From positions 3,934 through 67,933 of the forward strand of contig CANOCU010000003.1 in the NCBI GenBank assembly GCA_947564645.1: a DNA stretch of 64,000 bases, given 5' to 3'. A model generated the notes under the pieces. It was not told the DNA's origin and searched no databases. It saw only the letters and a program-made list of their open reading frames with translations. Each line of letters opens with the position of its first letter. Within the stretch, counting starts at the first letter, position 1. The DNA is from an uncultured Lachnospiraceae bacterium (GTDB lineage: Bacteria; Bacillota; Clostridia; Lachnospirales; Lachnospiraceae). A program made the position numbers and the translations under genes. This document shows positions 56,840 to 64,000 of the stretch, piece by piece.

Positions 56840-57280
56840 TCATAATTTTTCTGTTAACTCCGCCAATTCCAAAACAAAAACGGAAATACTCATCGCGTCA
56901 ACCCCCATTTCCACTAGCTGTCTTAATATTTCATCTCCATATCCTTTGGGTGTTATGATATAAAATGCGTTAGGATATCTCTCAACAGCTTCCTGCGGTG
57001 ACAAAATACTGAGGTCCCCCATCTTTTCCCCTTGTCTTGCAAAACTATTGTCGCAAAAACATTTTACAGAACAAATATTTTCAATTTTTAGCATCCTATA
57101 TAAGTCCCTGCCATAATTTCCCGTACCAAATATTACAATCTCTTTCTGCTTTCGATACTCTTCTATTCTTCTTTCATAATACTCACTGGCTAAATACTGT
57201 TTCCTAACCGAAATCTTCTGATCTGTTATTTGTTGTTTAATAGATGCCATGACTTCTTCGGTACAAAACTTCTTTGACAT
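56840..57280 (-). CDS. Hypothetical protein, stand-alone Rossmann-like module
   Basis: IVIFGTGNYG...FCDN...YIIT. Confidence 0.7.
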   Translation of the reverse strand: MSKKFCTEEVMASIKQQITDQKISVRKQYLASEYYERRIEEYRKQKEIVIFGTGNYGRDLYRMLKIENICSVKCFCDNSFARQGEKMGDLSILSPQEAVERYPNAFYIITPKGYGDEILRQLVEMGVDAMSISVFVLELAELTEKL

Positions 57281-57328
57281 TTTACATTTCCTCGCTATCT
57301 GTGTTCCTAATCTACACCACCCACTCAG

Positions 57329-58456
57329 TTATTGATTCATTTCTGTTTGTTTTTTCTTAAACATTTTATATACCACTTTACTCCAGGTAAAATCAGACAT
57401 TACTCTCTCAAAGGCCTTCTCTCCCATCTTCGCTCTCACGTCGGGATTATTCAACAAGTAAGCAATATCTTCTTTCCACTTCTCAACATTATAATCATTC
57501 CTCAATATCCCATTTATCTGATGTTCAATAACAGTCTTGGGACCAGCAACATCCTTTGCAATACACGGTGTTTTGAAATACATGGCCTCTAGAAGCACCA
57601 TTCCGAATATTTCTTCATCAGATGCCAAAACAAGACAATCTGAACTCTGATAGATATCCGCCATCTGCTGGTTTTCTACTTTCCCCATAAATGAAATACG
57701 ATCCCTATAAGAAATATTGATTAATCTTAAAAGATGATTTATCTCTCTTTTATCCTTTATGCCTACGACAACAAATTTTACATCATCTCTGTCATTGCAT
57801 AAAGCCTCGAATACTTTTATAATAAATTCAACACGTTTTCGTTTCTCCGCAGTACCTACATAAAGAATATTGTGTTCTCCTATATGCTCATTAATCGTTA
57901 CCTGTCTGCGAGTTTTTGCATTTTTATCAATTTGGGAAATATCCAACCCAACTCCTACAGTTTTTACTTTTTTCAAACCTTTGCTCTTCAAAAAAGCAGT
58001 GGCATCATCTGTCTTTGAAAAAATACATTTTACAAATGTATTGCATATATGTACGGATATAAGATCATAAGCTCTCATCCTTTTATCATTTTCAAATGTA
58101 TTAAAATACGGTCCATTATATATATACACATTTCTATGAAGTAACGCCAGAAAGATACTCATAATCTGATCATACTCAGTAGAAATAACAATATCATACT
58201 TCCATAACTTAAAAGGATTTAAAAAGTCAGGATAAATTGCCCTAGTTCCAAATACTACACCCGTTCTCCATACAATTTTAATTCTGGTTTTTTCGCCTCG
58301 GAACACTATCTCTTCATAGTTCGTCTTTGAAAAATAAACAATATCACAGTCAAAGCCAAATTGGCAAAAAGCTTTGCACAAACCTATTTCCTGTGAATTG
58401 TATGTGTTTATATTCATAACATTGGCAAATGGTCTAACCAACAGTAGTTTTTTCAT
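57329..58456 (-). CDS. GT4 glycosyltransferase
   Basis: LYVG...KRV, LASDEEIFGMVLLEAM...PCI. Confidence 0.87.
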   Translation of the reverse strand: MKKLLLVRPFANVMNINTYNSQEIGLCKAFCQFGFDCDIVYFSKTNYEEIVFRGEKTRIKIVWRTGVVFGTRAIYPDFLNPFKLWKYDIVISTEYDQIMSIFLALLHRNVYIYNGPYFNTFENDKRMRAYDLISVHICNTFVKCIFSKTDDATAFLKSKGLKKVKTVGVGLDISQIDKNAKTRRQVTINEHIGEHNILYVGTAEKRKRVEFIIKVFEALCNDRDDVKFVVVGIKDKREINHLLRLINISYRDRISFMGKVENQQMADIYQSSDCLVLASDEEIFGMVLLEAMYFKTPCIAKDVAGPKTVIEHQINGILRNDYNVEKWKEDIAYLLNNPDVRAKMGEKAFERVMSDFTWSKVVYKMFKKKQTEMNQ

Positions 58457-59682
58457 TTGACACTACTCCCATATTTCTTCAAAGCCTTTTTATACACTCT
58501 TTTATATTTATCATTCATGTTGTCAGCTGAAAATGAATTTATACATCTTCTATAAGCCTTTTCCGAAATATCACTTAATCTCTCATGGTCTAATAATGCC
58601 ATTCTAATCTTTATTGCTAACTCGTTCGATAAGATTTTGTCTACCAAAAAACCCGACTCTTCATCTACCTGTTCTGCAATCCCCCCAATTCTGAATGCTA
58701 TAACCGGTGTCCCTGACGCCATAGCCTCTAAAGTCGTACAAGGAAAATTATCCTCTATACTTGGAAGAATAAATAAGTCGGCTGCTGCATATATTTCATT
58801 TAGAACCTTCTGATCTGAGATATACCCCAATCTATGCACAGGTATCCCATTTCCCGAAATTTTATGATTGGTATTCCCTATAATCAGGATCTCTAAATCT
58901 TCTATATCTTTAAGCCTCTTAACCGCATCCAGTAAATACCCCATACCTTTCTTTTTATTATCTACTGATGCCGCAATAAATAATAAATACTTTTTATTTT
59001 CGCTTAAATGCTGCTTCCTTCGCGCTGTCTTTTTATCAATTCTCGAAAAAGCTTCTATATCAACACCATTTGGGATCCAAAGCAAATTCTTTTCCCCTAT
59101 CCCGCTTTCCTTTATCATATTATAAAGCCATTTTGACGGACACACTCGATATAAATGATCTTCCTTAAATAACGCTTTCTTCTGTAAATATAACTTTTCT
59201 GGAAAATCTTCACTCGAATCCAAATGTGTTAATAAGTTCTCACAATTTCTGCATCCGTCCTTCCATTTGACGCATTTCGCTGAATACGTACAGTTCCCAG
59301 TCATAGACCACATATCATGAAGAGTCCACACGACAGGAACAAATTTCAAAAGCAATTTTATCCCTTTACAGCTTAGTAAATAATCATGTGTATTATGTAA
59401 ATGTACAACATCTATTCGTTTAACTAATATTATACGTACAATAGTTACAAATGCCAATATCCTCACCATTTTTTTTAACAAATCATACCTGATTAAATAG
59501 TCTTGTATTTCTTTAAAAACAGGTTGTGAAAATAAGCGATATGAATTCTTATCGCGATCCTTGTCTCCTGCTAATACAAAACGATAATGGTTATCTCCTT
59601 GTGAAAACTGATTATATAATAAATTACATATTTTCTCTGCTCCGCCAAACGCATCATAGAGATTTAAATATAATATATTCAC
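58453..59682 (-). CDS. GT4 glycosyltransferase (WcaC-like)
   Basis: GGAEK, VHLHN, WTLHDMW..TGNC, KKGM.YL, PSIEDNFPCTTLEAMASGTPV. Confidence 0.87.
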   Translation of the reverse strand: MNILYLNLYDAFGGAEKICNLLYNQFSQGDNHYRFVLAGDKDRDKNSYRLFSQPVFKEIQDYLIRYDLLKKMVRILAFVTIVRIILVKRIDVVHLHNTHDYLLSCKGIKLLLKFVPVVWTLHDMWSMTGNCTYSAKCVKWKDGCRNCENLLTHLDSSEDFPEKLYLQKKALFKEDHLYRVCPSKWLYNMIKESGIGEKNLLWIPNGVDIEAFSRIDKKTARRKQHLSENKKYLLFIAASVDNKKKGMGYLLDAVKRLKDIEDLEILIIGNTNHKISGNGIPVHRLGYISDQKVLNEIYAAADLFILPSIEDNFPCTTLEAMASGTPVIAFRIGGIAEQVDEESGFLVDKILSNELAIKIRMALLDHERLSDISEKAYRRCINSFSADNMNDKYKRVYKKALKKYGSSVK

Positions 59683-59685
59683 TAC

Positions 59686-60399
59686 TTAGTCCCTCTTTAA
59701 CAATGTTATTTCTTCATAAGACGCCGACACTGCAACTATATAGTAATTTGCCCTATTTAATAATCTGATCAATTTGAACAAATATAAATACTTATGCTTT
59801 CCCCAAAATCTGTAATGTATTTCAACACACAGCTGCTTAAATTTCAGCTCGCTCTTTAGAATATCCGGTATAACCTCCAATTCAGAACCTTCAATATCTA
59901 ATTTAAGAATATCTATTTCATCTATGCCAAATTCTTTCATAATCGTCGCCATGGTCTTGAATGGAATCTGAATCTTCCTGCCCGTATTCGCATTTTTCAT
60001 AAGAGACCCTGAAATATCTCTCGGATTTCTGGGTAAATAAAAGTCTTTTATTCCATCCTCGTCCGAAATTCCATATTCATAAAATTTAAAATTATTTATT
60101 TTAGCACAACATTGCTTTACCCAATTACAGGATTTTGGTGTTGGATCAAATCCATAAACTTTCATGCCCCATTTATCCATCAAATATCTATCAAATGTAA
60201 TATCTGATCCTATACCAAATGAAAATGCCTTCCCGTTATTCATTGATTTAAGCGGTACAACATAAAAGCCTCCATAAGAAGACCCTGCCCAAATAACACG
60301 CGGTACTCTAAGTTGAACTCTCAATATAAGTTTTACAATAATACATCTGGATTTTTCTTTTACATAATCAAAAAAGTGCTCCTCAATATTTACTTTCAT
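59686..60399 (-). CDS. FkbM-family methyltransferase
   Basis: SFGIGSDITFD, GFDPTP, ILKLDIEGSE, QLCVEIH. Confidence 0.83.
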   Translation of the reverse strand: MKVNIEEHFFDYVKEKSRCIIVKLILRVQLRVPRVIWAGSSYGGFYVVPLKSMNNGKAFSFGIGSDITFDRYLMDKWGMKVYGFDPTPKSCNWVKQCCAKINNFKFYEYGISDEDGIKDFYLPRNPRDISGSLMKNANTGRKIQIPFKTMATIMKEFGIDEIDILKLDIEGSELEVIPDILKSELKFKQLCVEIHYRFWGKHKYLYLFKLIRLLNRANYYIVAVSASYEEITLLKRD

Positions 60400-60418
60400 A
60401 TTAATTCATTCCTCCAAA

Positions 60419-61570
60419 TTATGAAACTATTTGAGACATTACATCTCTTACTCCTTCTATAACCCTGGCCATCTGTTTCTTTGTCAACGCCAGTCCACTT
60501 GGAATATAGAATCCCTTCCTTGCTAAATACTCAGCATTAGAATAAACATCATTTAAAAATAATCCTGCCTTTCGATACACCGGCTGCTCGTGTATACACC
60601 AGAAAAATGTTCTGGTACCTATTCCTTTTTCTGCTAAAAGTTTCTGTATTATTCTGTTATCGACTTGAATATCTTTATCCAATACCAATCCGTAAACCCA
60701 ATATATATTATCCGCATAGTCCTTTCTCTCAATCGGAAGCACTAATCCTTCTACATCCCGTAATTTTTCAGTATAATATTTCCCCATCTCTCTTTTACGT
60801 TCAACAAATTCATCCAATCTCTCTAATTGTGCAAGTCCTACCGCTGCCTGCAGATTTGTAAACCTATAGTTATCACTAATTTCATCATGTACATATCTAA
60901 TATCATGTCTAAAACACAAATTTCTAAGCAAACGACATCTCTCCGCTAACTTCTCGTCATCTGTGACAATCATGCCTCCTTCTCCAGTTGTCACATGTTT
61001 ATTTGGATAAAAACTGAATGTACTGATATTCCCAAAACTTCCACACGGTTTCGCTTTGTATGTTTGTCCATGCATTTCGGCTGCATCTTCAATGACCTTT
61101 AAATTATATTGTTCTGCCAGTTCTAATACCTTGTCCATTTCCACTGGCAAACCATACAAATGAACAATCATAATTGCCTTTGTCTTGCTCGTTATTTTGG
61201 CTTCTATTTCCCCTACATTCATATTCCATGTCGATATGTCACTGTCCACCAATACTGGCACCGCCCCAAGCTTTGTAACTGCCATCGCACAGGAAATGAT
61301 CGTGAAAGTCGGCATAATCACCTCATCACCAGTCTGAATCCCGAGTGCTTGAACAGCTACTTCTAATGCTGCAGTTCCATTTGATACTGCAATGCCGTAT
61401 TTCCTTCCAACAGTGCTGCTCATCTTCCGTTCAAACTCCTTTACAAACGGACCTTCCGAAGAAATCCAACCAGTATCAATACACTCACATAAATATTTCT
61501 TCTCGTTTCCATTTAATAATGGTTCATTTACCGGTATAAAATCCATAACAACTCCTACACAATGTCCCAA
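60419..61570 (-). CDS. DegT/DnrJ/EryC1/StrS aminotransferase, perosamine-synthase-like
   Basis: WISSEGPFV, VSNGTAAL, IEDAAE.HG, FSFYPNKHVTTGEGGM (PLP Lys), NYRFTNLQAAVG. Start may be MDFIPV at 61546. Confidence 0.88.
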   Translation of the reverse strand: MGHCVGVVMDFIPVNEPLLNGNEKKYLCECIDTGWISSEGPFVKEFERKMSSTVGRKYGIAVSNGTAALEVAVQALGIQTGDEVIMPTFTIISCAMAVTKLGAVPVLVDSDISTWNMNVGEIEAKITSKTKAIMIVHLYGLPVEMDKVLELAEQYNLKVIEDAAEMHGQTYKAKPCGSFGNISTFSFYPNKHVTTGEGGMIVTDDEKLAERCRLLRNLCFRHDIRYVHDEISDNYRFTNLQAAVGLAQLERLDEFVERKREMGKYYTEKLRDVEGLVLPIERKDYADNIYWVYGLVLDKDIQVDNRIIQKLLAEKGIGTRTFFWCIHEQPVYRKAGLFLNDVYSNAEYLARKGFYIPSGLALTKKQMARVIEGVRDVMSQIVS

Positions 61571-61582
61571 AATGCTATGTTA

Positions 61583-62026
61583 CTATTCCTTAATATTAAC
61601 TTCCTCATCCAATATTCCTGCAAAGCGCTTCTTGTCTGCCTCTCCTGAATATGGTCCCTGCTTTACCTCTATCATCTCAACTTCCTCTAACACCTGAAAA
61701 CCATGTCCGCCGGACACCAATAAAATGACATCTCCTGCATTCAAAATACGGCTTTCTATATAGTCTTCATAATCGTCATAAAAATCTACCCGCAGAATTC
61801 CCTTCTTAATGAATAGAACCTCCTGTGTAAGCACAACATTCCGATGAACCAAATTATGTATATGCGCATCAATCATCTTTCCCGCCGGATGGTGCATATA
61901 AGCTACCTGCTGTGAATATTCATTGGATGTAATAAAATCAACGCCTTCACAAGTGTAATCATTTCTAAGTATAATAGCCAACAATACTTCCTTTTTCTTT
62001 ATAAATTGTATTGCTCCCATATTCAT
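61583..62026 (-). CDS. Cupin-fold protein
   Basis: HIHN...TQEVLFI.KG...GHGF..E pattern. Confidence 0.6.
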   Translation of the reverse strand: MNMGAIQFIKKKEVLLAIILRNDYTCEGVDFITSNEYSQQVAYMHHPAGKMIDAHIHNLVHRNVVLTQEVLFIKKGILRVDFYDDYEDYIESRILNAGDVILLVSGGHGFQVLEEVEMIEVKQGPYSGEADKKRFAGILDEEVNIKE

Positions 62027-62147
62027 CCTCTTTTCTTAACATCAATATTCTCTGAATATCATATTTAGTTTCCATGTTTTCCACATAGTCTGGGAACTTA
62101 TTATGGTTCTCTAAATTATTTCTGCAAATAAATGGTTTCGTTTTCCC

Positions 62148-63287
62148 TTATTTCGTAAATTCATCTATGCATTCTAAAAATGGAAAAATAACTTTCTTAA
62201 AATCAAATATATTTCTATAAGCTATAAGCACATTCTCTCTATAGTATGAATAATTTTTCATGACGGTTTCATATGCGCCCTCCAATTCCGAAATGTTGTC
62301 AATAACAATCCCTAATCTATATCTGTTTACCACTTCTGTAATACCCGGACACCTTACAGCAATAATTGGTTGCCCTAAGCTAAGATGTTTAAACATCTTT
62401 CCAGAAGACAATCCCATACAATAATGTGCTTTATCTTCTTTTAATGGGCTATACCATACAAGACCAACAGCAAATTGACGTATATATGTTGTATATTCAG
62501 CAACCGACAATACCTGCTCTTCAAATTTTATATTCGGGTTCGTATATTTTAACTCTTTAATTTTCTGTCTGCACCAACGATCGGTGATTCCAGAAAAAGT
62601 TATAGGAACATTTTTAACAACTTTCAGATCATCAAACTGATTCAATAGAAAGTCCCTCTTAATTCCCCCTGTATAAACAATTCCGCTCAAGCCCTCAGGA
62701 ATAATCAAAGATTCATCATATACATACGAATTAGGAATCAATATTGTATTCGGATGCCAGATGTGATATTTTCTTGACAGCCTTCTTCTAAGCGAATCCT
62801 GAATCGTAAAAGTCTTAACAAATCTTGTGTACACCATTTCCCTCAGTTTATTCACAGGATATTCTATTTTATACTTCATATAATATCTAAAATTTTCTCT
62901 CTTAATATCTCTATTTAAATATGGAGTATAAATCTCCAGATTGTAATAAAAAAACGGCGTGTTCTTCATAATAATTGGCAATTTGTAAATAGCCAAAGCA
63001 TCCTCATATGTCGTTGCTATAACCGCTTGAGGATGAATGTCTGCTATTTTTCTTTGTACATCTTTATGCGACATAAACTGTGTATTGATAACATAATCTA
63101 TTGAAGGAAAATTCTTTTTGTGTTTTAATCTTAATGGCAAAAAAAGATACGTCTCATATCCACGTATACTTAATTCATCCAAAATCTGATATCGTGCAGG
63201 TGAGATTTCTATCCGCGCGTCCATCAACGACATTAATACTATTTTTTTCATAAGCGCTTTCCTCCTGTATTTCCCTAGACAAATCAC
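62148..63287 (-). CDS. Putative GT-B glycosyltransferase
   Basis: C-terminal SSGKMFKHLSLGQPII...GIVI resembles a GT4 donor-binding motif. Confidence 0.6.
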   Translation of the reverse strand: MICLGKYRRKALMKKIVLMSLMDARIEISPARYQILDELSIRGYETYLFLPLRLKHKKNFPSIDYVINTQFMSHKDVQRKIADIHPQAVIATTYEDALAIYKLPIIMKNTPFFYYNLEIYTPYLNRDIKRENFRYYMKYKIEYPVNKLREMVYTRFVKTFTIQDSLRRRLSRKYHIWHPNTILIPNSYVYDESLIIPEGLSGIVYTGGIKRDFLLNQFDDLKVVKNVPITFSGITDRWCRQKIKELKYTNPNIKFEEQVLSVAEYTTYIRQFAVGLVWYSPLKEDKAHYCMGLSSGKMFKHLSLGQPIIAVRCPGITEVVNRYRLGIVIDNISELEGAYETVMKNYSYYRENVLIAYRNIFDFKKVIFPFLECIDEFTK

Positions 63288-63300
63288 CTGATCTGCTTTA

Positions 63301-64000
63301 TTAAAAGTATGACTTCTTATGAACCCATTTCCGTATTCTTTGATAAAATATATAATATGCCAGAAGATACATTTCTCCGATAATTACATAACCCGTACTC
63401 TTTCTCAGTAATTCCCTCAAATTATTCCTAAATAGTATTATTTTAAGACATTTAAATCCATCACGATATCCACCATTTCTTAAAGCTGCATACATATAAG
63501 AGATACCATTTCTAAAATACATATATCTGATATATGTAGGGCTTACCCTCGTAACATCTATCATATGATACACCGATGCCTGTGCACAATACATAATTTT
63601 CATTCTATGTTCACGCATAAACTTCCTTACATATGTTTCACCATCTCCCCGATACATCAGTAAGTTCCGTGGCATCCCATCAGGATGGAAACCGTGGCAG
63701 GCATGTAATACCTCTTTCCTAAATACAACATTTGCTCCAACTAACAAATTCTCTTTCATTATATGTACCCGTGTATCATTTTCTGATATTCCCCTTTCCC
63801 AAAAGCAGCTTATTGCTCCCACGAACCAGTAAGAACCTATTTTTACAGCATGCTTATCCATAAACTCTTTAGTCATCAATGACATATTATACGGGATTAC
63901 ACTACCACCTACACACTTTACCTCCATATCCTCAAAAACTTTCAGCACAGCATTAATCCAATCAGGAAAAAGAATTACATCATCATCCAGATACCCTATA
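63301..64000 (-). CDS. GT2 glycosyltransferase, 5' end outside the window
   Basis: Open frame to the edge: YLDDDVILFPDWINAV, VGGSV, GANVVFRK, YRGDGE. Confidence 0.8.
   Translation of the reverse strand, partial: IGYLDDDVILFPDWINAVLKVFEDMEVKCVGGSVIPYNMSLMTKEFMDKHAVKIGSYWFVGAISCFWERGISENDTRVHIMKENLLVGANVVFRKEVLHACHGFHPDGMPRNLLMYRGDGETYVRKFMREHRMKIMYCAQASVYHMIDVTRVSPTYIRYMYFRNGISYMYAALRNGGYRDGFKCLKIILFRNNLRELLRKSTGYVIIGEMYLLAYYIFYQRIRKWVHKKSYF

Noticed and set aside
1-64000. rRNA, tRNA, CRISPR array, prophage or integrase
   Set aside because: No recognisable conserved rRNA or tRNA motifs, repeat-spacer periodicity, phage structural genes or recombinase ORFs were found by eye.

Overview
A 64-kb window from a Lachnospiraceae-like Firmicute (taxonomy inferred from gene content and style). 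About 1-41 kb is GC-rich by eye and mostly housekeeping or transport: murB (partial), glcK, hprK, uvrC, ftsH, pyrG, panE, dcd, a 10-gene Mrp-type antiporter operon with four MrpD-like subunits, and an MMPL transporter plus GLUG-protein pair. Accessory inserts in this part are an orphan lanFEG-type immunity module with a two-component system, a Septu-like (PtuAB) defence pair, and an ABC exporter pair. PtuA and one ABC gene are each frameshifted by an 8-bp tandem duplication. At 41.5-45.7 kb two Rpn (PD-(D/E)XK) genes share a 578-bp near-identical direct repeat. They bracket a 3-gene cassette: an Xre HTH regulator with a perfect palindromic operator, an acidic protein starting MKVRTDFVTNSSSSSF, and a radical SAM/SPASM enzyme with a non-canonical CX7CX6C motif. 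This cassette is the best candidate for an undescribed system. From 45.9 kb to the window end lies a surface-glycan locus that turns very AT-rich after about 52.6 kb. It holds CDP-alditol-type enzymes, a TagF-like transferase, methyltransferases, glycosyltransferases and a perosamine-type aminotransferase, and is interrupted by a decayed IS1595-family element with intact TIRs and an 8-bp TSD. No rRNA, tRNA or CRISPR array was seen. Product calls come from motif recognition only; no database search was run.
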